Positions 9,658-20,500 of a stretch of 58,017 nucleotides of DNA are shown here, in pieces (the stretch's first letter is position 1; every line of letters starts with the position of its first letter). The DNA is taken from positions 1 to 58,017 of the IMG/VR virus record IMGVR_UViG_3300045526_000297. One strand, written 5' to 3'. A program made the position numbers and the translations under genes. The DNA comes from a virus (Duplodnaviria; Caudoviricetes). The notes below the pieces were generated by a model that worked only from the letters and a program-made list of their open reading frames with translations, did no database searches and was not told the origin of the DNA.

Positions 9658-10997
9658 TGTCAAATAAAAAGTCCATATATGAAGAATTAATCTTGGAATC
9701 AAACGATAGGTCAAGATCAATTGATCTTATAAATGGAGCTATTTCATTTGAATATTTTGAAGATATTTTTTCTCCAACAATTACGGCAAAAATTAAAGTC
9801 GTGGATAATGGAAATGTAATTGCCCCATCAGACAATTCTGATGGGGATAAACAATCCATATATCATGGTTTACCTTTAAGGGGTGGTGAAAGAATATCTC
9901 TAAAAATTGCCGGCAATTCATCAACAAATCCCGGATTAGATTTTTCAAAAAAATCTGATGATTATTTTTATGTCTCTAGTATTACTGATGTAATATCAGA
10001 AACAAATAGAGAAAGTTTTACTTTGCATTTAGTTTCAAGAGAAGCAATTACAAATGAAACGGTGCGTGTATCTAAAAAATTTCCTACGTCATTGAAGATT
10101 AGTGATTCTGTCGATAAGATATTAAAAGATTATTTAAAAACAAAAAAAATAGGAAAAATTGATAGTTCATCAAACAAGTATGGTTTTATTGGAAATCTTA
10201 GAAAACCATTTACTGTTTTAATTTGGTTAGCATCAAAGGCAGTTCCGGAAAGTTCTGGTAGTGCAACTGCCGGATTTTTATTTTATCAAACACAAGATGG
10301 ATTTCAATTTAGATCTCTTGATGATTTAATGTCACAAGAACCAAAAGCAACTTATACTTATACAGAATCTCAGGAATCCTATGATGATAACGAAAAAAAA
10401 GTCAATAATGATTTTAAAATTCTGAACTATTACACGGATAAGAATCAAAATTTGATTGAAAAACTTCGTTTGGGAACTTATGCAAGTCATCGAATGTTTT
10501 TTAATCCCTTAGATTTTTCTTTTTCAAATCCAGAAGAGGGATTATTCAGACAGAATGATTATGTTGGAAAAACAAATAATCTTGGAGGAAAATTTAAACT
10601 TCCTTCTTTATCCGAAGGATCGGATAAAAATTTAGGTGATGTTCCAACCAGAATTATTACGGCAGTTCTTGATATAGGTACAATGGAAAAGGATGCATCT
10701 ACAGATTTAAATTCAGATCCAAAATTATATCAGTCTCAGGCACTCATGAGATATAATACATTATTCACACAATCCGTAAATATGATAGTTCCTTCAAATA
10801 CGAATTTGAAAGCAGGAGATGTTATAGAATGTAATTTTCCAAAAATTACTCAATCTGATGCGAAAGAATTTGATAAAGAACAAAGTGGTCTATATATGAT
10901 AAAAGAACTGTGTCATCATTTTGATACTGAAAATTCTTATACCTCCTTGAAATTGATTAGAGATACTTTTGGGGTTAATACAGAGGCAAGGAAATAA
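9657..10997 (+). CDS. baseplate hub protein (gp27-like)
   Basis: YFEDIFSPTITA, GFLFYQTQDGFQFRS.D, GD.IEC.FP, SGLYMIKELCHHF; immediately upstream of gp5. Confidence 0.65.
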   Translation: MSNKKSIYEELILESNDRSRSIDLINGAISFEYFEDIFSPTITAKIKVVDNGNVIAPSDNSDGDKQSIYHGLPLRGGERISLKIAGNSSTNPGLDFSKKSDDYFYVSSITDVISETNRESFTLHLVSREAITNETVRVSKKFPTSLKISDSVDKILKDYLKTKKIGKIDSSSNKYGFIGNLRKPFTVLIWLASKAVPESSGSATAGFLFYQTQDGFQFRSLDDLMSQEPKATYTYTESQESYDDNEKKVNNDFKILNYYTDKNQNLIEKLRLGTYASHRMFFNPLDFSFSNPEEGLFRQNDYVGKTNNLGGKFKLPSLSEGSDKNLGDVPTRIITAVLDIGTMEKDASTDLNSDPKLYQSQALMRYNTLFTQSVNMIVPSNTNLKAGDVIECNFPKITQSDAKEFDKEQSGLYMIKELCHHFDTENSYTSLKLIRDTFGVNTEARK

Positions 10998-11000
10998 TTT

Positions 11001-13286
11001 ATGTTAGATCAATCTTTACTTCAAAGTCATTTTATAGGAAGAGATGGGTTTAGATGGTGGATAGGACAAATTCCACCCGCATCCACAATGGGAAAACAAG
11101 TTACTGGTGAAGGATGGGGAAACCGTTTTAAAGTCAGAATACTTGGGTATCATCCATATAGTGAAGCGGAACTTCCAAATGAAGATTTACCTTGGGCACA
11201 GTGTTTGGTTCCGACTACTGCAGGAACTGGTGCTGCCAATTGTTCAACCGGAGTCCAATTGCAACCTGGTGATGTTGTACTTGGATTTTTTCTGGATGGT
11301 GATAATGCACAAATACCTGTTATTCTTGCAGCTTTTGGAAGAAGTTCATCAGTTCCATCAACGACATACAAATCTCCATTTGAGGCATTTACCGGATATG
11401 ATTCCTCAATTAATAAAGTAAATATAGGAACTCAAAAAAATGAATCAAATGAACAAACTGCTCAACCAACACCAAGAGATTTATCTCCGGAACAGGTAAA
11501 ACAAATTAATCCGGAAGAAAAATCAGTTAGTGATGCTTTAGGTAGTAAAATAATTCTTGCCGATCCAGTTGGAAATACAAGAACTGCCGCAATTAAATCT
11601 GAAATTTCAAATCTACTGGATAAAATAAGAAAATTCCAAAACAATGTCTCAAGAATCAGAGAAGAAATAAAGCGAGTAGTTGATACTATTTCAGCAATCT
11701 CTAATGATTTTGTTGGAGTTGGATTTAATTATCTTTTCAATGCAATGATTCCTATTTTACAAAGAGGATTGAAATTGCTTTATGATAAGGTTTTTGCCGC
11801 AGTTTTAGCTGCAACAGGTAATCCGGCAGCTGCTCATCTTGCCGGAGTTGCGGCACAAACAGCAATGGTTCAACCGATAAAGTTTTTAGAAGAAAATATA
11901 TCTGAACTAGCAAATAAAATTGTTAAAGATGAGGTAACAGGTATAGTCACAGATCTACTCAATTCCACTATTGGAAATATTGACAAATTTACTTCTTCAG
12001 TTGAGGAACAATTTTCTTCAACGTTATTGAATACTGTAATTGATACAATTGAAATTGGATTAGACGATCCTCTTAAAGGAATCGATAAACTACTTCAATT
12101 TTTTCCAAACTTCACCGTTGGTAATACACTCAGAAGTGCCATTGGTGCAATTCAATCTATTGGTGCAGTTTTTGACAAAAATCAATCTAAAGAAAGTATG
12201 CAAGGACTTATAACAGAATGGATGATTGGGGCAAATCCAGTCGATGTTACTAGAAGTTCTTTTAAGAAAATCTTAGATACCATGAATGTTCAGAAGTCTG
12301 GATCTAAAACTACAAAACCAATAAATGTTGTAAATTCCGAGGGCATAAATCTTGGAAATTTATATACTATAGTAACATTAAATCTAACAGTATCTAAAAA
12401 AGATAAAGTTTTTAACATTAATACCACTGAAAATTTAATTGATGAAAGTATTATGAGTCCAGTGTCAGAATCATCTGATGAATTGATTAAAATCAAATCA
12501 ATTAATAGAAAGAAAAATGAAATTGTCGTTAAAAGACAACTAGCCGGAATTTCAACTGATTATTCTTTTGGACAAAGATTTTATGTTTTTAGTGACAAGT
12601 CTGATTCATCCATATCCAGAAATACATTTGTTTCTGATGAAAACTTAATATTAGATTATGCAAATACAATCAGTTCATTTAACACAAAAAAACCCAAATA
12701 TGCTCCACCTCCAAAGGTAAAAATATTTGGAGGTGGAAGAGGTAAAAATGCAGAGGCAATTCCTCTAATGGGTAATTTTGTTGAAGATCCTAATGGATTT
12801 GTCACCGGAAGTATTATTGGATTTGAAATTACAAATCCAGGATCTGATTATACAATACCACCATTTGTTGAAGTAATAGATGATGTTGATAATCCACAAG
12901 GATATGGTCTTGTTGCAAGGTCTGTAATTCAAGATGGTAAAGTTACAGCAATATATCCAATTTCTGAAGGAGAAAATTATACCAAAAATGAAAATAAAGA
13001 ATATTCTGTTGTTGAAATTGTAATTGAAAATCCAGGAGAAAATTATCCAGAATCTAATCAAATTACTATTAGTGATCAATTCGGCAATAACTATCCAGTT
13101 CAAACTTTTGAGGGAAGAATTATTTCTGTTAAGATTGATCCTCTAAATAATACAGTTACTGATAAACCAATATTAACAATTAATTCTGTATCTGGTTCTG
13201 GTGCAGTGCTTAGAGCTCTTGTAGGAACAAATACTCTGAAATTTGAAGCGACTAAACCACAAAAATCCGTAGATTGTCCGATATAA
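11001..13286 (+). CDS. gp5: baseplate central spike gp5-like protein (N-terminal OB-fold)
   Basis: GRDGFRWWIGQ, RFKVRILGYHP, LPWA, GDVVLGFFLDGDNAQIPVI. Confidence 0.85.
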   Translation: MLDQSLLQSHFIGRDGFRWWIGQIPPASTMGKQVTGEGWGNRFKVRILGYHPYSEAELPNEDLPWAQCLVPTTAGTGAANCSTGVQLQPGDVVLGFFLDGDNAQIPVILAAFGRSSSVPSTTYKSPFEAFTGYDSSINKVNIGTQKNESNEQTAQPTPRDLSPEQVKQINPEEKSVSDALGSKIILADPVGNTRTAAIKSEISNLLDKIRKFQNNVSRIREEIKRVVDTISAISNDFVGVGFNYLFNAMIPILQRGLKLLYDKVFAAVLAATGNPAAAHLAGVAAQTAMVQPIKFLEENISELANKIVKDEVTGIVTDLLNSTIGNIDKFTSSVEEQFSSTLLNTVIDTIEIGLDDPLKGIDKLLQFFPNFTVGNTLRSAIGAIQSIGAVFDKNQSKESMQGLITEWMIGANPVDVTRSSFKKILDTMNVQKSGSKTTKPINVVNSEGINLGNLYTIVTLNLTVSKKDKVFNINTTENLIDESIMSPVSESSDELIKIKSINRKKNEIVVKRQLAGISTDYSFGQRFYVFSDKSDSSISRNTFVSDENLILDYANTISSFNTKKPKYAPPPKVKIFGGGRGKNAEAIPLMGNFVEDPNGFVTGSIIGFEITNPGSDYTIPPFVEVIDDVDNPQGYGLVARSVIQDGKVTAIYPISEGENYTKNENKEYSVVEIVIENPGENYPESNQITISDQFGNNYPVQTFEGRIISVKIDPLNNTVTDKPILTINSVSGSGAVLRALVGTNTLKFEATKPQKSVDCPI

Positions 13287-13287
13287 A

Positions 13288-13863
13288 ATGGCAGAAAGAC
13301 CAAATAAAAATAAAAACATTTTAGCAAGACAACTTGTTAGTTATAGTCCAAATTTTAGAATTGACACAGTTAATCCTCAAATGGGATTAAGTGGTACAGA
13401 TGTGTATAAAATTTATGGAGTAACTGATGATGGAATTCAATCTTCAATTTCTTTAAGTAGTGGAGGATTATTTTCAATTAAAAATGATAATAGTTTTGAA
13501 GTTATTGCTGGAGAAAAAAATCAGGGACAAAGTGTAGATATTATCATAGTCGGTAAAAATGGAGACATTGCCCTAACCGCAGAAAAAACGGGTATGGTTA
13601 GAATAAGGGCAAATAATATAGTTTTAGATGCAAATGAAGATATAACTTTAAAGGCAGGAAGAAATATAAATCAAGAGTCTGGATCCGGAAGAATACTACA
13701 AAAGGCAAATAAAATAGATGTTAGTGCCTTAACAGGAAATGTGATTGCGAGTCTTGGACTAAGTTTTGGTATGAAAGTATTTGAAGGTAGTTTTGTTGGA
13801 GGGGATATTTTAACAAATGTTTTTGGTACTGCTGTAGATACAATTATAGATACGGTTCTCTAA
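13288..13863 (+). CDS. gp5 C-terminal beta-helix-like spike protein
   Basis: Short alternating beta repeats (GKNGDIALTAE..GMVRIRANNIVLDA.EDITLKAGRNI); follows gp5. Confidence 0.55.
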   Translation: MAERPNKNKNILARQLVSYSPNFRIDTVNPQMGLSGTDVYKIYGVTDDGIQSSISLSSGGLFSIKNDNSFEVIAGEKNQGQSVDIIIVGKNGDIALTAEKTGMVRIRANNIVLDANEDITLKAGRNINQESGSGRILQKANKIDVSALTGNVIASLGLSFGMKVFEGSFVGGDILTNVFGTAVDTIIDTVL

Positions 13864-13864
13864 C

Positions 13865-16834
13865 ATGGCAGATATTACGGTTACCGGAAATCAGGCATAT
13901 TTTAACGAAGATGCTAAATTCTTCAAAGACGTTTATATTTACGGAACCTTATTTTATGATTTTCCTACCGGAGTATCTGCATCACAATTGTCTGGGGATT
14001 CTGCAAGTGTAAAAAATTTAGATGTTTTTGAGAACGCTAACTTTTTTGGATCTGCTAATTTTTATGAGAATGTCTATTTTGAAAAAGGTATTAATGTTGG
14101 AATATTAACTGTAAGACAGCGATTAGATGTTGGTATTGGTGGAACCACATTAAGAGCAGATGCAGATATTGGCAAAGTTGGTATAGCAACAACTTCACCG
14201 AGACAGGAATTAGATGTAGTTGGTATCGCAATTATCAGCAATAAAGTTGGTATTGGAAGTACTATACCTGAACAAAAACTTGATGTTGCCGGTAGTGTTA
14301 AAATAGATGAATTTATCTATGATTCGGCAAATTCTCCAGGAATAAATGGATATTATTTAAATATGGATTCCTCGGGAATTCGCTGGATTTCAGCGACCCC
14401 AAATTTTAGTGAAGGAATTTATGTTCAAGATGAAGGAACTTATATTCCCACAGCGGGAATTGCTCAGTCATTCACAGTTTTAAATTTTAAGCAAATTAAT
14501 AGTCTTGGATTAGGAACAGATACAATTGTACCAATTCCCAATCCAAGTAATCCAACATTTATTGCCGATATTCAGTCCAAAGATCTTTGGGGACATAATA
14601 TAAACGGTGATATTTATAGAATGACTAAAGTTGGAGTACAAACTAGTAATCCAATAACAACTTTAGATATAACTGGAACAGTTCATGCCACTGGTGCCGT
14701 TGATTTTGATTCAACTTTAGATGTTGATGGTGCTACAACACTTAATAATACTCTAGATGTTGATGGTGCTACAACACTTAATAATACTCTAGATGTTGAT
14801 GGTGCTACAACACTTAATAATACTCTAGATGTCGATGGTGTTACCACACTCAATGATTCTTTAGATGTTGATGGTGCTACAACACTTAATAATACTCTAG
14901 ATGTTGATGGTGCTACAACACTTAATAATACTCTAGATGTTGATGGTGCTACAACACTTAATAATACTCTAGATGTTGATGGTGCTACAACACTTAATAA
15001 TACTCTAGATGTAACTGGTGCTGTTGATTTTGATTCAACCTTAAATGTCGATGGTGCTTCAGTATTTCAAAGTACTGTAGAACTTAATTCATCTTTAATT
15101 GATGTAAACAATAGCACGGCAACTGGAAAGTTTGATTATCGTCTTTCTTCTGTTGGAACCGGAGTATCTTGGAGACCTCCTGGCGTTCAGACGCAAAATG
15201 CCATTTGGGTAACCATGGATGGAAATGATTCTAATAGTGGTTATTTGGAAGGAGATGCAAAAAGAACCATTGGAGCAGCGGCATCAATTGCAGAACCAGG
15301 AGATACAATTTTTGTTCGTTCCGGAGTTTATTTTGAAAATAATCCAATTGGGTTAAGAACGGATGTTTCTGTTTCTGGACAAGACCTAAGACTTGTGACT
15401 ATCATTCCAAATAATCCAATCAAAGATGTTTTTCATGTAAGAAGAGGATGTCTGGTTGAAAATATAAGTTTTGCCGGAAACAGTGTTTCTATCGCACATA
15501 CTGGTGCCGGGGCAGTGGCATTTCCGCCAACAATTGCGGATATAAATGCAGGAATATCTCATGCTGCAGTATCCGGATATTTAGATCCAGGCCCTGCAAC
15601 AGAAGGCCCAACAGGAAGATGGAAGTCTCCTTATATAAGAAACTGCACTAATTTCATGACCAAAAGTATTGGTATGAAAATTAATGGAAATCATGCGACA
15701 GCATCATCTATTGGTGCAGATTTAAAATCAATGGTCTGTGATTCATTTACTCAATATAATGAAAATGGTATTGGCGTTTCAATTACAAATAACGGATATG
15801 CACAGTTAGTTTCTATTTTCACAATTAATTGTGATATTGGAATTTTTGCATCAAGTGGTGGATCTTGTGATCTTACAAACTCTAATTCTTCATTTGGTAA
15901 TTATGGTCTTTATGCCGTTGGATTAGGTGCAACAGAATTTACCGGAATTGTTGGAACTTATCCTCCAACAAGAACTCAACCAGGTGTTGATGCCGGATCA
16001 GATGTTGTGACTTTTGAGAATATGAAAGATGATTCTAATGGTGGTATTGGAACTGTTAGGAGACCTTATGATGGACAGGCACTATTCTTTAAAATTGATT
16101 TAAGTAAATATTCAGATACTGTAATCACGGGATTATCAACCACAATTCTTCAAGAACCTATGGTTCAGATTGAATCTATTAAGATTACAAATGGAGGATC
16201 TGGATATAGTCCGGTTACTCCACCAACAGTATTTGTCTATGATTATAATGATAATTCTCAACAACCTAAAGGGCCTCAGGGAATTATTGCAGAATTGAGT
16301 CCAACAATTGATGAGGTAACGGGAGCAATAACTGCAATCGATGTTGCAAACAGTGGAAGAAATTATTTACCAACTCAAGATTTAAGAGTTTTTATTGATG
16401 GTGGAGCGGCAACGGCAGAAGTTATTACTCAACCAATTTATTATACCGTTGATGTTGCCACACAACCTACACCAGTTACAGGAATTACTACCGTAACTTT
16501 TAATGAATTTATTCCTTATGAATTATTTGGTGGTGAAGAAGTTTCACTTAAGAGAATTAGTCGTATTCTTACAAGTTCACATTCGTTCGAGTATATTGGT
16601 ACCGGCGTAGATATAAATACTTCGACACCATTTAAGGGTGCCGTTCCCATTAAAGAAAATGAAATTGTTGCATTGGATGGGGCACAAATTCCATTTACAA
16701 GTACAGATCAAAAAGGAAATTTTGATATTGGTGAGGGATTTCAGATTAATCAACCAACGGCGACAATTAGAGGAAGAGATTTTAGTAAGGCAATACAGGC
16801 AGAAGTTACACCACTCATACTTGCACTGAGATAA
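13865..16834 (+). CDS. virion structural/tail fibre protein with tandem repeats and a beta-helix (pectin-lyase-like) domain
   Basis: KVGIGST motifs, LDVDGATTLNNT repeats, WV..DGNDSNSG...AKRTIGAA, SPYIRNCT, SHSFEYIGTG. Confidence 0.8.
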   Translation: MADITVTGNQAYFNEDAKFFKDVYIYGTLFYDFPTGVSASQLSGDSASVKNLDVFENANFFGSANFYENVYFEKGINVGILTVRQRLDVGIGGTTLRADADIGKVGIATTSPRQELDVVGIAIISNKVGIGSTIPEQKLDVAGSVKIDEFIYDSANSPGINGYYLNMDSSGIRWISATPNFSEGIYVQDEGTYIPTAGIAQSFTVLNFKQINSLGLGTDTIVPIPNPSNPTFIADIQSKDLWGHNINGDIYRMTKVGVQTSNPITTLDITGTVHATGAVDFDSTLDVDGATTLNNTLDVDGATTLNNTLDVDGATTLNNTLDVDGVTTLNDSLDVDGATTLNNTLDVDGATTLNNTLDVDGATTLNNTLDVDGATTLNNTLDVTGAVDFDSTLNVDGASVFQSTVELNSSLIDVNNSTATGKFDYRLSSVGTGVSWRPPGVQTQNAIWVTMDGNDSNSGYLEGDAKRTIGAAASIAEPGDTIFVRSGVYFENNPIGLRTDVSVSGQDLRLVTIIPNNPIKDVFHVRRGCLVENISFAGNSVSIAHTGAGAVAFPPTIADINAGISHAAVSGYLDPGPATEGPTGRWKSPYIRNCTNFMTKSIGMKINGNHATASSIGADLKSMVCDSFTQYNENGIGVSITNNGYAQLVSIFTINCDIGIFASSGGSCDLTNSNSSFGNYGLYAVGLGATEFTGIVGTYPPTRTQPGVDAGSDVVTFENMKDDSNGGIGTVRRPYDGQALFFKIDLSKYSDTVITGLSTTILQEPMVQIESIKITNGGSGYSPVTPPTVFVYDYNDNSQQPKGPQGIIAELSPTIDEVTGAITAIDVANSGRNYLPTQDLRVFIDGGAATAEVITQPIYYTVDVATQPTPVTGITTVTFNEFIPYELFGGEEVSLKRISRILTSSHSFEYIGTGVDINTSTPFKGAVPIKENEIVALDGAQIPFTSTDQKGNFDIGEGFQINQPTATIRGRDFSKAIQAEVTPLILALR
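14716..15056 (+). repeat. 36-bp in-frame tandem repeat, about 9 copies (LDVDGATTLNNT)
   Basis: ctagatgttgatggtgctacaacacttaataatact repeated near-identically. Confidence 0.95.
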
Positions 16835-16837
16835 GAT

Positions 16838-17506
16838 ATGGCAGTTGCACCACTTAATAAGTTTTTAACCATTGCAGTTCCGGTTGCTCCAGGAGAACAG
16901 ACAGTTTATACGACACCTGTCGGAGTATCAGCAATTGTTCTTTATGCTCAGGTTGCAAATGTTGGAGTGAATACATATCCCACAATAACTTTCACTCATC
17001 GTAGAAAAAGTACATCTGCAAGAACTAGTGGAAATACAAGAAATATAAGAGTTATAAAACAGGCAGAAATTCCACCAAATGATTCTTTAATCATTATTGA
17101 TGGTAGATTGGTTTTAGAAAGAACCGCAATAATTACGGACTCTATCGTAATTGAAGGAACTCAAACTGGAATTGTTACTGTCACAAACTGCGTTTATGAT
17201 AACACCACGGGAGTTACTACGGTTACAACATCCACTGCTCATAATTTCGTTACCGGTGATGAGGTTACCATGAGTGGATTGGCATTTACTTGTAGTGGAT
17301 CATTTGGATTAACCACATCAATTTTTCCATCACCTCAACAATCTTTTACCGTTAATTCTATAATTGGAGATGTTGGAACGTCAAAAACTTTTGTGACTAA
17401 TTCTGGAGTTGTTGTTGGAATTGCTCATACCTATGTCAGTGGGGGATTGGTTGCGCCACTTCAAATGGAATTTATATGCAGTATTCTAGAAAATAGTACC
17501 ACATAA
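16838..17506 (+). CDS. virion structural protein
   Basis: MAVAPLNKF N-terminus, 'YDNTTGVTTVTTSTAHNF..GD.V..SGL' motif; in the fibre operon. Confidence 0.65.
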   Translation: MAVAPLNKFLTIAVPVAPGEQTVYTTPVGVSAIVLYAQVANVGVNTYPTITFTHRRKSTSARTSGNTRNIRVIKQAEIPPNDSLIIIDGRLVLERTAIITDSIVIEGTQTGIVTVTNCVYDNTTGVTTVTTSTAHNFVTGDEVTMSGLAFTCSGSFGLTTSIFPSPQQSFTVNSIIGDVGTSKTFVTNSGVVVGIAHTYVSGGLVAPLQMEFICSILENSTT

Positions 17507-17508
17507 TT

Positions 17509-20500
17509 ATGGCAAAGTATTTATCAGGACGCTCTAAAAGAACACCACAATCGGCACTATCCGATGAGAGGTATAGATATCTGTCGGTTGGTGATGCAGA
17601 ACCTAATTTTGGAGATCCTATTTTTCCCGGTGAGTTTCCTCCATTCGGACAACAATACCAAATTGTTTCTGTTGAAGGATATCCTGGAGAACGATATTGG
17701 GTTCCAATTGGTGGTGGATTAATTCCAGGTTCAATTTCCGTTTTTGATGAGGGTAATCTTGTTGGTGGACTAAGTAGTACCACCCAGGTAAATTTTGTTG
17801 GTGCGGCGATTACTGTAATTGGAATAAGTGGCCCTCCACCGGGAGTTGGAGTGACCGTTACCGTATTTGCACCCGGAAATAATTCTGAAATTTTATTTAA
17901 TACTTCTAATGAATTTTCAACATCACCAAAATTAAAATTTGATACTTCTACTGGATCATTAATTGCCGGAGACAGGATTATTGTTGGTACCGGTGGAACC
18001 GTAATTACAACAACTGGTGTTGGATCTGTTGGAATTGGAACAACCGATCCAACCCAAGAACTACATCTCCAAGGAGATTTTAGAATTACCGGAACAATCT
18101 ATGATTATTTCAATTCTCCAGGATCTCCAACACAATTAATTGCAAAAAATAATTTCGGCGGAATTACCTGGGTAGATCAAGGAACAATTAGATCTGCTGC
18201 TGGTGGAACTGTTGGAAATGTTCAATATCATAATAGTGTTGGATTAGTTGATGGCGCACCAAATTTTGTTTTTGATGAATTTAATAATCGAATTGGTATC
18301 GGAAGTACAATTCCAACGGTTTTATTGGATGTACTTGGATATTCTAAGTTTACCGGACAAACAGAAATTGATAATCTTTATGTAACGGGAATAACAACTC
18401 TAAAAAATCTTGGAGTTCTTGGTCTTACCACGACCAAAAATCTTGAAGTTACTGGAGTTGCCACCATTGGATTTTTAACCGGAAATAATGCATATTTTAC
18501 CGGTATCGTAACTGCGGATCAGGGATTTGTTGGTTCAATTGATATTACTCAGTTAAACGTAACGGGATTTGCATCAATTAAGGATCTTGGTGTTTCTGGA
18601 CTTACCACAACAAGAGATCTTCAGGTTTATGAATCTACACTACTAAACCGTTTAAAAGTTAGTGGAATTTCAACATTTGATTCTCAGGTTATCATTAATA
18701 ATTTAAATGTGACCGGAGTGGGTACATTTGATAATATAAAATTAGATACAAATACGGTTTCAACAAATATTGGAAATTTAATCATAGATTCGAGTGGTGG
18801 AACCACACAAATTAATGACATTGTTTATATTAATGATTATACTCAATCAATAGATTCAAATACCGGAGCACTTGTAGTTGAGGGTGGAGTTGGTATTGGT
18901 AGTCGGTTAAATGTTGATGGTGCCGTAAAATTAGCAACTCTTGGAGGAATTACTACAACCGGTGGTGATCTTTATGTTGCCGGTAATTTATTTGTAAATA
19001 ATGATATTTTTTATGATGAACTTTTTGCAAGAAATGGATACTTTACTGGAATTGTATCAACCAAAGATCTTTTGGTTACCGGAGTTGCCACAATTGCAAC
19101 ATTAGGAGTTTCTGGATTAACCACAACCAGAACTTTAAGAGTAACCGGAATTAGTACTTTTGATGACTTTATTGATGCAAATGGTGGAGCATATATTGAT
19201 AATATTCAAATTGGAATAACAGATAACAATGAGATTGATACTAGTTCGGGAAATTTAACAATTGATTCTGCCGGTGGATTAACCACAATTGATGATAGAT
19301 TATTCGTCACTGGAATATCAACCTTTAATGCAAACACCGTTTTTAATGCTAATGTAACATTAGGAAATAATGTTGGCGGTGATACTGTCAGTTTTGGTTC
19401 TTCAGTAAATACTAATATCATCCCTCAAGCAACTGACACTTATGATTTGGGACAAAGTGATAGTCTTAGATGGAGAACAATATATGCCCAAACATTTAGT
19501 GGAAAATTTATAGGAAATGCAGATACGGCATCTCAAATTGCTACCGCAACAACCACGGGTATTTCGTCTTATTTTCTAACTTTTGTTGACAGTAATAATT
19601 CTCCGGCGTCTTATGAAACATTATATACGGATTCTGGAATTACATATACTCCTAGTAATGATTTGCTGACAGTTGGTAAACTTGTTGTAACTGGAATATC
19701 AACATTTGAGGGTACTTCTACTTTTAATGGAATAACAACATTTACCAATAATGTATTCATAGGAAATTCTAATACTGATAAAGTTTCTTTTGCCGCAACC
19801 GTTGATAGTAATATTATCCCAAGTGGAACCAGGGATTTAGGTTCAATAACCAATAGGTGGGATAAATTTTATGTTAATGAAATTGTTGGAACCGTAACTG
19901 GTACTATTTCAAGTGTAAGTATTACTAATGATTCTTCAACAAATGCAATCAGATTCATTAGTTTTGCATCTACGGTTAGTGGATCCAGTAGCATTTATGG
20001 TGATACTAATTTAACATTTAATCCTAGTAATGATACTGTTTCTATTGGGGGATCTCTTGGTATAGGTAATGCAAATCCAGGAACAAGATTAGATGTAACA
20101 GGCAATGTAAGACTTTCAGGATCCGTTCCAGAAATTGAACTTAATACTGGAGGGCCAAGATTCAGAGTTCCATCATCAAATACACTAACTGTTCATACTG
20201 GTGGAGGATTATCTTCAGGTACAAACGAAGTAATAAGAATTAATGCCACTGGAGTAGGGATAGAAACTTCAACTCCAAGATATAAACTTCATGTCATTGG
20301 CGATACTAACATAACGGGATTAACTTCACTTGGAGGTAATTTAGTACCAACAGGAGATGGAACTCAAGATATTGGCCTTCCGGAAAGAAAATGGAACAAA
20401 TTCTATGTAAATGAACTTGTAGGAACCATAACAGGTACCATTTCAAGTGTAAGTATTACTGATGATACTAATAATGCAGCTAATCCGGTCAGATTTATTA

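Noticed and set aside
16611-16618. TATAAATA inside the 989-aa gene
   Set aside because: It could be an internal late promoter, but such 8-mers arise by chance in AT-rich coding DNA and there is no supporting evidence.
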